DNA of 64,000 nt, the filler included, from Conidiobolus incongruus B7586 (Eukaryota), in assembly GCA_000697335.1 (NCBI GenBank). It is 14 parts of 14 records of this genome, joined end to end, with 100 filler letters (N's around TTAATTAATTAA, not from the genome) between each part and the next. Parts side by side here need not be neighbours in the genome. Positions count along the whole stretch, not along the records: positions 24,310 to 28,377 come from JNEM01006438.1; positions 28,478 to 30,109 come from JNEM01006439.1; positions 30,210 to 31,717 come from JNEM01006440.1; positions 31,818 to 42,090 come from JNEM01006442.1; positions 42,191 to 46,956 come from JNEM01006443.1; 9 more parts are not named here. One strand, written 5' to 3'. Made by a program: the position numbers and the translations under genes. The notes under the pieces were generated by a model. The model was given only the letters and a program-made list of their open reading frames with translations, searched no databases and was not told the DNA's origin. The stretch's first letter is position 1. Each line of letters begins with the position of its first letter. Of this stretch, positions 27,917 to 42,389 are shown piece after piece.

Positions 27917-28754
27917 TTACTTTGTAATTTAAATAATGGGAATTTTTTGCGATTGAAAAAAAATAAACATTTTAATATATACAAAGTAAAAATAAATATA
28001 TAATATAAAATTAATAATTTCCTTTATTTCTAATAACTTTTTGCCATACTTTTGGCAAAGATCTAACACCTAAAAAACAGTTCTTTTTATTAAGGACTGA
28101 AATTTGATGTTTCACAAACCAATTAAATTTTCCTGCAGAAATTTTCTTTCCTGCAAGCTGGTTTTTTAATTGCCCAAAACAATTATAATCACATGGGTTA
28201 TAATCTGGGGAATATACTGGATGTGGTAGTTCTTTCCAGTTATTTTTAATTAGAAAGTTTTTTACAACTTTAGATTTATGTATTTTGCAATTATCATGCA
28301 AAATAATAGGTCTTCTCAAATTATATTGAGAATACCAATTAGAAATAGTTTTATTTAAAAAAGAAATATAAAGTTTANNNNNNNNNNNNNNNNNNNNNNN
28401 NNNNNNNNNNNNNNNNNNNNNTTAATTAATTAANNNNNNNNNNNNNNNNNNNNNNNNNNNNNNNNNNNNNNNNNNNNAATTTTGAATGATTTTAGAGGGT
28501 TTGTGGTTAAGTTTTACTGATACTAAAATAAAAGACTTTTGATGGTCACTATTTGGTTTAAGCATGATTAAATTAAACAACTAATTTTAAAAAATTCATT
28601 TTTTAATCAAAAAAATTATTATATATATATATATATATAATTCAAAACTATTTATTTTCCTATTTGTTTTGTATATATTTGCTTATTTGAAACTAATAAT
28701 ATGTTTGAAAAATTGGAAATTAAAAAATTTCCCATTTCTTCAATTCCATGGTAA
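27917..28754 (-). mobile_element. Mariner copy D, least mutated, with an internal assembly gap
   Basis: TA-flanked TIRs. ORF 28011-28319 has ILHDN...HPVYSPDYNPCDY with 34 residues between the second and third Asp (DD34D). The N-terminus reads MLKPNSDHQKSFILV at about 28565. Confidence 0.95.
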
Positions 28755-28807
28755 TATTAGCTTAAATTTTTCAACTTGAGTATTTTTTTTCATGATAATA
28801 AATAATA

Positions 28808-30109
28808 TACTAACCTACAAAAATAAGTTATAAAATCAAAAACACTTATATTTTTACTAATAACTTGATTAATATTTAATAAAATAAACCTAAATTAAAT
28901 AATTAAAATCTATTATATTTATTAATAATATATATCATTAAATGATGATATTTAGCTATTAATTGGTTAAAATATAAACCTTTAAATTTTACCTAGGGTG
29001 AGTTATAAATTTGTGGGTTTTTGGTGATAAAAAAAATTAAAACTTAATGTATCTACCTTAAGCTTTTCTAACTTCTTTAAGTTTGTGGGGTATAGAATCA
29101 ACTAACTTTTTATACTAAGAAAATTCAATCTTGTTTTATGCTTCTTAAACATATTTTTAAAGTTGATCTAAATTTTTTACTAGAAAGACAACTTTAATAG
29201 CTTTTTTTAACTAATCCTAAAAATATTTAATTAGATTAAAGTTAAAAGATTGAAAAAGCTACTTTATAACTATTATCTTGTTATTTTTAAGCTATTTGTT
29301 AATAGAAGTTATAATATAACAAAAGGTATTATTTTACTAGAAAATAACATTAGATTTATTTAACCTATATTATTCAATGGTTTTTTTAATTTATTGTTTA
29401 GAATACTTTAATATATTTTAATATTAATTCCCCTATTAATTTTACAAAGATATTTTATATTTAAAGATAATATATATCCCTAAACAATAATTAACCTACC
29501 ATTGTACTTTTAAGTAAAATTAATATAATAATCATAAAGTAGTTTTATATCTTTTCTAAAGCATCTAGCTTTTTTATTAAATTTATTAAAATATATTTTT
29601 GTTTCATTAGATTAAATAACTTTACTCTAATTAGTTTTAGTTTAATATTAGTAGCAATATTTAAACTCCCACCTAACTTTATAATAAGATTTCTTTAGTT
29701 GGGGGTGTTTTTTCTTAAAGTGTAAATGGTATCTATATTAACATAAAACACATATAATAATATTAGTGTTAACTAATATTCTTATATAGTTTTATAATTC
29801 TTATTGTATTTTTACAATAATACTATATTTACTTATATTAACTAATCTACAAATATACTTCTTATTATATTCATCTATAATTTTAACATATTTAGGTTTA
29901 GGTTTAAATATTTCTTTATTGCTATTCTTAACAACTTTAACTATAGTAAACTAACTAACACTAGTAATTCTAACAATATTATAAGTTGATTTATTTTCTT
30001 TATAAAGTTAATTAATATACAAGTAGATTTTTTTAGAGAGGGATTTAGGTATAATAATATTAATAAAAAAATTTAGTATATTTATAAAATATTATATAAA
30101 ATAATAACA
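28808..30109 (-). mobile_element. Hypermutated Tc1-like transposon (3' terminus plus transposase, runs into a gap)
   Basis: The minus strand reads VIF**NNTFCY...K*LKNNKIIVIK*LFQSFNFNLIKYF*D*LKK, an eroded form of FQQDNAPCH...WPxQSPDLNPIExxW. The terminus is TA|TACTAACCTACAAA. Confidence 0.8.
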
Positions 30110-30501
30110 NNNNNNNNNNNNNNNNNNNNNNNNNNNNNNNNNNNNNNNNNNNNTTAATTAATTAANNNNNNNNNNNNNNNNNNNNNNNNNNNNNNNNNNN
30201 NNNNNNNNNATATATTTATTTATTATTAAATAATATACTTTAATTATATATTATAGTTTCAAGTAATTTAATATATATAATTGTTTTAGTTATTAATTAA
30301 AATATATATATTTTTGATTTTATAATTCATTTTTGCAAGTTAGTGTATATAGTATTTTATGATTTAATTAATAATATTTTAATATATAATCTAATAGTTT
30401 TATAATAGAATTTTTTAATTATAAATATATTAATATTTTTAAACAATAATTATTAATTAAAATATCTCTAAATTTTACCTTTATTTTTTTAATTAGTAAT
30501 T

Positions 30502-30903
30502 TGTTAAAAGATTAATTCTTTAAATTCTTATATATATTTCTCTATATTTCAATTAACAATGAATTTTATGATTAATTTATACTTTTATAATTAAATTAAT
30601 TATAAAAATAGCATTGAATCATTTAATAAACAAAGTTCCTCTTTTTTCCTTCAATCCTTATTATTTATTATCTTTTATACTATTTTATAAAATTGAAACT
30701 ATATTTTGTTAATATTATAATATATTGATATTACCTAATATAAATTTCAATATATTGGTGAATTATCCTAGTTTAAAGCTTAATTAAACTTTGTTTAATT
30801 TTTATATTATATTATCATATCTTATGCCATATTATTTCTATATAAAGATTTCCTTTATATTATATTGGTTTATTACTATTATGCTTATATAATCAATATA
30901 ACA
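30502..30903 (+). mobile_element. Solo LTR (402 bp) of the gypsy family
   Basis: Begins TGTTA and ends TAACA, with a perfect 5-bp target duplication TAATT (30497-30501 / 30904-30908). Homologous to the LTR copies at 6836, 11064 and 47057. Confidence 0.88.
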
Positions 30904-31817
30904 TAATTTAAATAAAATAAGCTTTTGTCATATTCTTATCAAATTATTATATATATAATGATTTTATTTTAAATCATTATAATTAGCCTTTTATATTATT
31001 TGTTAATATATCATTTTATATCCCAATATTAACGATAATCCATTTTTATATGTAAACAGAATTAAATCAAAATATTTATAATAAATAAATAGTAAAAGTT
31101 CCATATAAATTATATTCTAATCTTTTGAATTATTAATACTCAACTTTAATAAAACTATCCCAATTTTCAATCCTAGGATAATATATCTTATCGAATCAAA
31201 TTTTTTGATAATAAGTTATTTATAATAATTCATAATATTCTATCTAAAAGCTTTTATCATAAGTTATTTCTTGAAAACTTTATTGGTAATAGATATCATG
31301 AATTTTATATATTATAATATTCAATTAACTATTTTGTATATAATTCAAAAATATTTCAAATTTTATTATTTTCGACTAGGTTACTTTTGATTCAAATTCC
31401 CCTAATAGATAATAATAGTATAATATATCTATTAGATTTTTAGAACATTGATTATAAAATAAAATTTTATCAAAATTAGAGTGAAAAAAAACTATAAAAA
31501 AATTAATTAATTTGAATATAGGATATTATATTCTGATTCAAAAAATAATATTTATAAAAAATTATATATTTTTTAATTTTTGATTTTTAAATATATTATT
31601 TATTTATAAATAATAATATTAATTAAAATATATATATATATATATATCATTGATTTTTAATTATATTTATATATATAATTGAGTTCTTATTAAATAAAGA
31701 ATTTATATTTAGAAATTNNNNNNNNNNNNNNNNNNNNNNNNNNNNNNNNNNNNNNNNNNNNTTAATTAATTAANNNNNNNNNNNNNNNNNNNNNNNNNNN
31801 NNNNNNNNNNNNNNNNN

Positions 31818-31852
<35 letters not shown>

Positions 31853-31963
31853 AAAAATATATAATTTCCTATTTATTTTGTATATATTTCTTTATTTAAA
31901 ACCAATAATATGTTTAAAAAATCAAAAATTAAAAAATTTCCCATTATTTTAAATTCAAGGTAA
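31818..31963 (-). mobile_element. Mariner 5' terminal fragment at a contig end
   Basis: (TA)n followed by the 5' UTR and the TIR aaaaaatttcccattattttaaattcaaggtaa|TA. Confidence 0.85.
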
Positions 31964-34900
31964 TAAAATTAAAAACCTTTTTAATTTAATTATTGTTATA
32001 TTAAATTTTTGAAATTAGAATTTTTATAAAATTATGAAATTTATTTTAATTTGAATAATTATAATTCTAAAGAAAGAAATAAATCTTTGATTTATAAATT
32101 AAAAGAGTGTAAACTCCAAAATTGGTAGTTTTGTTCTTTTAATAATATGCACTATATAAATTGAATATGAACATAGTTGTCAATTGTTCTGAATTGGTAA
32201 TTTTAATAAACTGGAAATGAATGGTATTGGATTTGAGCTGTAAATAGATTCTGGGCTGATTGATTCCAGAGAAATATAAAGTTTATAATAATAACATGTT
32301 TATAGGGAGAAACGGAAAAACTAAATTTCTAAAAATGCATTTATATTGAGCATATATCTATAATCGAATGATTTTAAAATTGTAAACTTGTCCAATTATA
32401 ATATTTAACTAAAATCTCCCATTGAGTGATTAGAGCATTATACAAAATAATCTCAGAGCCAATGGCAATATTCGAATATTATCATATTTTAATTTATTAA
32501 CATGGCCTAATAATTATATTTTAAAACCTTATACGAATTAAATATTAATTATAGTATATAATATAGAATTAGATGTATTTAGCTTTTTAAATTTTTTTAT
32601 AATGAGTACTATGATATAATTTCTAATTCAATCTTAAAACTATTGAATAAATTTATTATTTACAAAATATTAATTTTAACCAATCTGGAATGATAATAGA
32701 TATATTCAAATTTATATATCATTATAATTTTTAATTATTAATATACTTTTTCAATTACTTAAAATCAAATGATTAAATGAGCATAAATTATTTACTTATT
32801 TAATCAATTAAATCTTGCTATTATGCTATATTCAAAGAAAGATTATGTAATATTTATTAAATAATTTAGAAATTTTAGTTAAGAAATTTAAAAAAATTAA
32901 TAATTAAAATAATTTAAAATTTATAGGTTAATTATCCATATAATCTTTAAATAATCAAATTAAAATAAATGAAAAATATTGTGACATTATTATTTGCCAA
33001 TTTTTAATAAATTAATTAAATTTTAAAAATAATAATGTAAGAATAAAGATTGTAAAAAAATAATTAAAAATACTTCCAATTATAGCATTATGAAAAGTAA
33101 GTATATTATCAACATTAGGTTATTTAATATAATTCAAATTTTTCCAATTATGAATTTGGAATTATAAGTAATAATAAATTAATATATGAAATTTATACTC
33201 CAAAATCAATTAATGTACACATTTAAATAATTTTAAAACCGGGAAAATAATTTTATTTTAGATGAGTAAACAAATATAAAAGTGACGAAAAAATGATTAA
33301 ATTTGGTAAGATAATTCAAATAATAAGGATTTGAATTAATTTTCAATTAACTTATTATTGAGAATGCTACTTTCCGCTTTATCATAATATTCATTTTAGC
33401 CTAAATACAGGCAAAATTTCCATGTTTTAAGTAATAGATTCATTATAATTTGAGGAAGAGTAATTGAATGATTTTCAATAGACAAAGTGAAAGCATAAAA
33501 ATGAATTAAATTATTCAATAATAATATGTTAACAGGGTGGTACTAATTAAAATATTTTTATACTCAACTTGATTATTGAGTAATGAAATAATCACTATAT
33601 TAAAATAATCTTTTATTACTTTAGAATTATCAAATGGAATATGCTACCAAATACACTAGCATTATCAACAATTAAGAGGATTATCTGATCCCAATGATAC
33701 AATTCATTAGCATTAAATCCTATGAAACAACGCCCAACAACCAAATCTTAACCAGTTCTTCCACAAACGATTATATAGAATCAACAAGTTGAGCAACCCA
33801 ATCCGATGATCACTGCTCCAAGCACATATCACATATCACATTATTCCAACCAAATTTTACCTCAATTGCCGATTAGTTGGGACTAAGGTCCGAATCATGA
33901 AGCATAATTTTTACCCCAATTATGCTCTTCCTGAAATTACCAAATTTGAAACTAGAGATTCGGGATTCCAAGTTATTCCCCACTATTAAATCAAATCTCC
34001 AGTTTATAAAAAATATGTAATAGATAAAATTGCATAATTTTATATTTATTTTTATTTAAAAATATATAAAAATTTTAATTAATTATAAAACTAGTAATAT
34101 TGAAAATATTGTTAAATTTATAATTTAACAATTTATAACTTGAATTTTATATCATTATAATTATAGTGTTCATATTTATTATAATTAATAATTAAATGGC
34201 ATATAATTAAGTGTTAATAATATATATTGATTATCTTTAAATTAATAATTCGAAATTTAATTATTATTGCAATAAAGTGTATTGCTTAAAATATCGGTGG
34301 TATTATTTTTATAGCATAATTAAAACATAAATCAATGATTTGAATGTATTATAATTTTAATGTCATAAATTTATACCATTAGACCAAACAATTATATATT
34401 AAATTATGGTCAAACTTTTAGTGTCGGAAATATTTTAACATTTTATCATCCGATCAATAGAATTAAAAAAATTCAACAAAATAAAATTTAATTAAAAAAT
34501 TTGAAAATTTTATTCAATTATGATATATATATATATATATATATATCAATTCATATAACTCACCAATTTATTAAGTTTTAAAATTTAAATTAAAAAAGAA
34601 TAAAAAACTTCTCATAAAATTCTAAATATATAAATTATTTTAAACAAAAAAATTTTTTATTTAAAATCATTGCATATTTAGCCTAATTTTAGGTGGAGCT
34701 GAGATCAGATGAGTTGAGACAAGGTCTTGATAGGTATTTTCCTAAAGTTAGCATTATGCAAATTGCATGAATTAGGTTAGTATGATAATCGTGTTAATCT
34801 ATAAATATAAGCATTGATATGCTAAATATTTAATATCTTATAAATTTTTATTATATTAATTTAATCTAAGTAATATAATTTATTCATTAGTTTTTAAATT

Positions 34901-35187
34901 TATTTCTTTAATTAATATTTAAATATTAAATAATAATAATAATAATAATAATAATATAAAAAAAATTTCTTTTTATAAATTTATAAAGTGCATAAAATTT
35001 AAGTAAAAATTTAAATAACCTAACTGAAACAGAGAAGGGTTATTTTTCAGTTATTAATTTTGATCATAATCAATTTTCCAAATGATATTAATGATAAAAT
35101 ATAATTAATATTAAACCGTTTGGTATAAGGAATTTGACTTAAATTATTGTTTTTATTAAATATCAATTTTCTATTGGTACATTGGAA

Positions 35188-35868
35188 TTAGGCAGGTTGG
35201 TAAAAACTGGTGGGTGTTGATACACGATGATGGTGACTATCTGCATTGCTTATTTTGTAGATGCTAGGACTGCTAATTGCTCTGTCAATGCCCTTGGCAC
35301 TCAACATCTTGAGCGGGGGGAGAGTAAGTGAGTTTGCAATGCTTGGTAATCTGATTTGGGTATTACTAGAGGGCAAAGGTGGTGAACTTTGAATTGGGGG
35401 TAATTTAGGAAGTTCAAAATCCGCCTTAGAGAGTTGCGAAGCTTTGGCAAGTGTATCAAAAATAGAAGGCTGGCCATCATTGGATGGAGGGTAGCTACTT
35501 CTTCTGGACTCACCATTGTAGCGAGATTCGGTGCGAATAGTTGGAAGATATGAGGGATATGGATAAACATTAGTCGATTTTTCAGCACTGTGGTCAGAAT
35601 GGGAATAGGAACCTGAATGATTTTGGTTAAATCTCTTTGGCTTGGGACCTCTTTTACATACTCTAGTGGTAAAGGTGCAAGGATCGTTGCGTTTAACACA
35701 TTGACTGCATCTAGGTTTTAAATTATCGCACTTGGTCTTACGTAATTGACAATGGTCACAAGCCCTAGTAATTCTAGTTCGTGTAGGGTTGGGATTTTGG
35801 TGATTAACGGGAGGTAAAGCTTCGTTGATATATCTATTTAAAGGATGCATTCCATTGTTCGAACCCAT
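35188..35868 (-). CDS. Zn(II)2Cys6 (Gal4-type) transcription factor, 226 aa, intronless
   Basis: RITRACDHCQLRKTKCDNLKPRCSQCVKRNDPCTF matches the C-x2-C-x6-C-x6-C-x2-C-x6-C cluster. It is followed by KRGPKP and a low-complexity S/P-rich tail. Confidence 0.95.
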   Translation of the reverse strand: MGSNNGMHPLNRYINEALPPVNHQNPNPTRTRITRACDHCQLRKTKCDNLKPRCSQCVKRNDPCTFTTRVCKRGPKPKRFNQNHSGSYSHSDHSAEKSTNVYPYPSYLPTIRTESRYNGESRRSSYPPSNDGQPSIFDTLAKASQLSKADFELPKLPPIQSSPPLPSSNTQIRLPSIANSLTLPPLKMLSAKGIDRAISSPSIYKISNADSHHHRVSTPTSFYQPA

Positions 35869-38800
35869 TTTGATAATTAAAAATACAATTAAAGTAAAAG
35901 AAAGATGATATAAAATACTAATTAATTAAAACACTGAAATCAAAAAGAATTTCAGATATAAAAATATAACTACAGAAATTGACTGAAGATATTTAGAGTT
36001 CCAAGTGCCCTTTTTATACTCCATTTCTAAATAAATTAATTGATTCCCCTATTATAAATTGAAAATCAATCAACATAATAAATTTTATGGGCATAATTAA
36101 TCAATTTTAGTTAATTAATCAATCTATAACCAAGATGGGTGGTAATCTAATTGGACAATACTGAAATTTGAATTATTTATATCAAAAGATATTTTACAAT
36201 TGAAAATTAATACCTTATAATATTGATGTTATTCTTTTTTTTTGAAATTTAATCCATTACAAAACTTATTAAATGTAGCATTAATATATATATAAATATA
36301 TTTATATATTTATATATTTATATTTATATAATTTTGAAATTTCAATTTAAATTTCAATCTAAATAAAATTCTAATTGTAGATTATGAAATCATCTCGTTC
36401 AAGCCTTTCGCGATTTCCATATTAAGTTACGCATAAAAGTTGTATGCAATATAGGAATTTTTCCTCTTAACCGTATATTGATCAAAATCTTTAAAGATTC
36501 CTTAGAGCTAAATTGGCAACTTTATAAGATATATGACAATTTATTAATTTAACAGATTTAGATAACTAAAGCATACCTTACAAGTTGTTACCCAATTCCA
36601 ATAAGTAGGCGTTATAGGGTACTCACAATGGCAATTCTATTATGATGGTATGAAATTGCCACTTGGTCAAGTTATCGCCCAGTAGCACCAATTTTTAAAA
36701 CCATTTTTTGACGCCTTCTAGTAAACCAAAATAGGAAATTCACAATGAGGGTGATGAATTTTACCGAGGACAATTATTTCCCAAATTAGCCAACTTTAAT
36801 CTATTAACTCATTCAACCAATTAACAACCTTTGTCATTATAACTAAATTAACTGTAGATGATTGAATTGTATTGAAAATTATGCCATCACCTAAAAATTT
36901 AATGCTATAAACTATTCTCATTCCTCAGAATTCTTTTGCTAAAATTAATCTTTAAATTCAATTTTAAGGTTATTTTTATTTGATAAATTTAAGTTTCATA
37001 ATCAAGCCCCAAGTTCTCAGAACGGAATTCATTATTTATAGGGACGTTATCGGTTATAATTAAATAGTAAAAACTAATATATACCAATTCTCTCTAGTTT
37101 TCATGATATCAATAGGAATTAAATTTATCCTTAAATTATCATCAAATTTTGATTAATAGTTATTACTAATTTTGTGATTATTAAAAATTAATCCCAATTT
37201 TGTGAATTTTAAAAACTTGATTCTAAGGATATTAAACTATATATTGATGGTATATCAGATATTCAATATAATAAAATTTTCACATTAATAATATTAAAAT
37301 GAATTAGAATATTTTGATTAATTATCAACTTTATAAGCTATATTTGTTTAAATCTTATTTATAATAGAGTTATGGGCGAATTAATTATTTAATTTGAAAA
37401 TTAAAAAGAATTAGGAATAAATTTCAATAATGATAAATTTATTATATATTGTTTTATCTAATTATATTATAATATAATTAAACAATACTAAATTACAATA
37501 TCATTGTTTAATATATATAAATTATACAAATAGCTTTTCAATTTTTGATTTATTAATTATGGTTTTGTGTAATTATTCATTAATTATTCCGTTATGATAG
37601 AGGTTAAATCTCTAGCCCCCCAAAAATAATAAAATTATCCCTAATTTAAGTGCCAAATTTGAAACTTCCAATTATAGTAATATCAATTTGATTGAATCAA
37701 ATTATTTAATTAATCATTAAAATTTTACTTTTATATGTTAATAGTAAATTTATAGTGAGAATTAGTGGGATTAGAGTTAAGTATTGTGGTTCAGGTATAT
37801 GTATATTATTATTATTATTATTAATATTATTATTATTATTATTATTAATTCTATTATTCAAAGATTTTCAATTAATTATTATTTATATTAAATTGAATAT
37901 AATTTTTATTTACAAAATTATATTAATTAAAGTGTAAAATATTTTCAAATAACAAATTCTTTGATATTTTTTTTAAAAATCTTATATATTTTATCAAATA
38001 ATTTGAATATAAAAATTTAAGTTTAATATGTAACTAAATTTGGAATAATCAAATAAAATTTTTTAAGATTTTTCTATGATCAAAAAAAAAATAAAATCCG
38101 AGTCTTGAATTAAAAATTAATAATGAGGCGAAAAAAGAAAAATCCGAATTTATAATTTTAATATGCTATTCATTCACATAGATATTAAATATATATATAT
38201 ATATATATATATATACAAATTTGTAAAAGAATTCTAATGTTGATCAATATGGTAATAAAATATTATAAAGTCTAAAAATTCTAAAACTAGCCTCAATTAT
38301 GATGAGAGAATTTTTTATAAATGAGGACTATAAAACATTGCATAATAATGGTTACCATTAAACCATATAATTCCAATAAACATTTTAATATCTCCGGTGT
38401 AACCAAGTAAGTTTAATTTCCATATATTAAAATTTTTTCTTTTTGTGATCATTTCACCTAATCTTGATATAAATTTTCAATAAAAAAAATTTTAATTTTT
38501 AAGTGACTCAAAATTTTGTAGAATCTATTCATAGTATGAATTGTTTACTAATACTAATTTATGAACCTGAATCATATTTTCATATTCATATAATTAATAA
38601 TTGAATTATTTAAACTGTTCAACATTTGTTTATATCAATTTTATAATCCAATATTTGCCAGGAATGACTGTTTAATAGATTGATTATAATGGTGCTAACT
38701 GTTCCTCATTTTCATTAACTATCGTGGCTTTTTTCTTAATGATTTTCTGTTATCCATATAAACCATGATAAAAAATAGTTTTTTGATTATATTAAATACC

Positions 38801-41800
38801 TCAATAAGCAGTAATTAAATTAGCCAAAATATATGATTAGATTAATAGAAATAATTGTATTTTAATTACTTAATTACTTTATATTACACCAGTTTTTTTG
38901 TTAATTACTTTGTACTACCTTCTTTGAATTAAATATGTAATATCAAATTAGTTATTTTAAATCCCAAATTTTATCACATAATATCTTTAAGATATTTAAA
39001 AATTTTAATAAAATATTAAAAAATTGTATTATAAATTAATATATTTATTATATAACAGTATAACTTAAATAATAATGAAATTTATTAAAATTATTATTTT
39101 CTATTCAAATATATTTCTTTGTATTTGGATAATATTTGTCGAATATATTCAAATACAATATAATTTAAGGTAATGAACTTAAGAAGTATTCTAATAATAA
39201 GTACCAGAGTAACATAGATCACTATATCTTGATATGACATCAAATATGATCCTTTAATATCTTAAAATTTTTTATATGACTTCAAATTAATAAATTTATA
39301 AAAATAGAAATGAAATGAATTGCCAAAATTGGATAGATCGGACACTTTGTGTAGAATAATAGTAATATAAAATATTAAAAAATTGAATTAAAAAGTACAC
39401 TCTGAATTAAAATATATATTAAGAAAATATTTTTTTAATTTATCCAATCATAAACTGGTTTAAAATTTTATTTTTAATAAAATGAATATAAATTGCAATT
39501 TTTTAATGTTAAGATATAAATAATTACGGAACCAAAAATCAGTTGATTTATTATATCAACTTGATAATATCCTTTTAAATCTATTTATTTTCTCCTATAA
39601 CTATTTGAAACTAGTAAGGAAATGCAAAAAATAATTCTTAAGCAAGTTATAAATCTGGCTTTTAAAGGTTGATAATATTGATATTAAAAAACATTTTGAT
39701 TAGATTAAATGTAAGTATATGCCACTATAATATTACTAATTAGTGTGCTTATTAAGTCATAATCAGTATCATAAGGTATATTGATATAAAATTCATTAGA
39801 TTTGATATGTACTTTAATGTTCAAAAATTTATATTCATGAACTATATAATATCATTAAAGAAATTATTATAAGAGTTAAGATAATTATCGAATCTAAAAA
39901 AAAATAAAATTATTAGTATTATTAATAACATTACTAATAATAATGAATATCATGAAACTATAAAAATAACAGATTCCCTTGAAACATATATACACACACT
40001 CTATTAAGTATGATGAAATATGATTTTTTTGATATTTTGAAATTGATTAGTATTTATTAGTCATTTTAATAGATTAAATTAAAATTTGCCAAATATTTAA
40101 ATTAATTATAAAAAAAATAAAAAATTTTTATGAATTAAAATTTCTCGGACTAAGATATTATTAATATTTAATTGATATTATCAAACTATTCTATTATAAT
40201 AATTATTTATTTTTCTACTATATTTTATAGGCGTATTTCAACATTATATATTAAAATTCACAGTATGATTGCATATTATTAATCTATTATAATACTTTGG
40301 CGAATAATTTATAATAAATTAAATATCAAATATTGGAAATAATTCAGAATTTTTAATTATTACATTGAATTGATAACATATTAATACTTTTATTAAATTT
40401 AATCATAATTCTGAATATTTATTATTATTAATGAATAAAGTTTAATTATTGTATAATTTCTAATCGACATATTTGAATGCGAATCAATTAACATAAAAAT
40501 ACAAATATATTAACCAATGCCTTAGTAATATAATAATATCATTATTATATGATTAAAAGAAAGGTAGTTTAAAAGAATACTGGCTTTTTAAATTACCTGA
40601 AAAATTCATACAATGTATTACTCTAACTTTATGCCATCTATTTTAATTTGCATCTCTCTTGGCTATTCAAATTCACATAATCTCAACTCCCAATTTTATG
40701 CATTTTAATTTCAATTAAATTTTCATCAACTTAAAAAATATTATTTTTAACAAATTTGGATATTTTATATTATTATAGTAATTAATTATTTATAATTAAA
40801 ATAATGTTATCATTCATGGTATATTATATTAAATTTTTTTTATTATAAAGTATAATAATTTTAAATATTCTTTAACAAGTTATTAAATTAATTAAGGTAT
40901 ATTTAATTATTTAGCTCAAGAATTTACGAACGGGGAAATTAAATTATATTAATATGTAGTTCAAAAACTTGTAATTTACCTTTTTAAGTAATACGAAAAT
41001 ATTGATACTGAAGTTTTTAATATTTTAATCGGATTATTGCTAGTAAAGGATAAAAAATTTGTTTTTAGTAATTACTCAATTTGTGGAACTCATTGTAAAT
41101 ATTAAGACAAAATATAATTATTAGTAATCTACCAATTTCTATATCATTGTAAAATTCATTTTAATTTAGTTAATTTTCTATATTATATAAATTTTTTGTG
41201 TAAAAATCGGTGAATTAATAATACTTTTTTTAAGTAAATATTGATAATAATACTTAAGATTTACTTTGAATTGCAGAAGTGGAAAGTTATTTTCTTGGCT
41301 TACTTATTGTTACCAAATTCATTTTATTTTAATAATCACTTATTATCAAGTTCATATTTTAAAAACTGGAAAATTTTAATTGACATGATCAATAGGTTTG
41401 AGATGTTGGAGTATTAACCTCATTTTTAGATTTTAATTCCAGAGCTTTGCAAAACAATAAGTGTATATTATTTTTTATAATATAATCTACCTGTTACCTA
41501 AAATGGTATATTATGTTTATCCTGGGTATCTGACCCATATTTAATATGATAATTTCTGTTTCATATTTGAAACCTTAATAATTGTATTAATATATGGATC
41601 TCTAAAATATTCAATTAAAAAATAAACAGATTAATGAAAATTTGATTAATAATGACTCATTATTTATTGAAAAATTTTATCTGGTTAAAAATTAATATAT
41701 TGGTTTAAGGGTTATTAAGCTGCTTTTTAATATCAGATATCAAGCATTAATATTTTATATAAAAAGGAATATATTTTGTCAATATTTTGTTACTTAAAAT

Positions 41801-42190
41801 TATGAGGTTTCATGAAATTTAATATTGATTATAAATAAAATTTTTAACTTGATTAAATCAATCATATATTAATAATATATAGCTCAATTATATTATGATT
41901 ATTAATTTAAATATCTTAAAATTCTTTTTATCATCAAAATTTTAAGTACTATCGATTTATTTATTTTTTTCAATATATATTGTTAATTTTATTCATTTAA
42001 ATGATATATCCTTTATTAACATTTATATACTATTATGAAATTTATTAATTTAATAAAGTCATATAATATCTAATTTAAAATATTATTAATNNNNNNNNNN
42101 NNNNNNNNNNNNNNNNNNNNNNNNNNNNNNNNNNTTAATTAATTAANNNNNNNNNNNNNNNNNNNNNNNNNNNNNNNNNNNNNNNNNNNN

Positions 42191-42389
42191 GTGAAACATT
42201 AAATTTCAGTCCTTAATAAAAAGAATTGTTTTTTAGGTGTTAGAAGTTTGCCAAAAGTATAGCAAAAAGTTATTAATAATAAAAGAAACTATTAAATTTA
42301 TATTATATATTTATTTTTATATATCATATATTCAAATGTTTATTTATTTTTAATCGCAAAAAATTCCCATTATTAAAAATGCAGAGTAA
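42191..42389 (+). mobile_element. Mariner 3' terminal fragment at a contig start
   Basis: Transposase C-terminus (LNKKNCFLGVRSLPKV*QKVI) followed by the TIR aaattcccattattaaaaatgcagagtaa|TA. Confidence 0.88.

Noticed and set aside
33630..34000. Coding-like C/A-rich patch (QQVEQPNPMITAPSTY...)
   Set aside because: Frequent stops and no identifiable domain; at most an unassignable relic.
35301..35699. 132-aa overlapping ORF
   Set aside because: It is an alternative frame within the Zn2Cys6 gene with no independent motif.
37755..37937. Leu-rich 60-aa ORF
   Set aside because: It is the translation of a (TTA)n microsatellite and starts at GTG.
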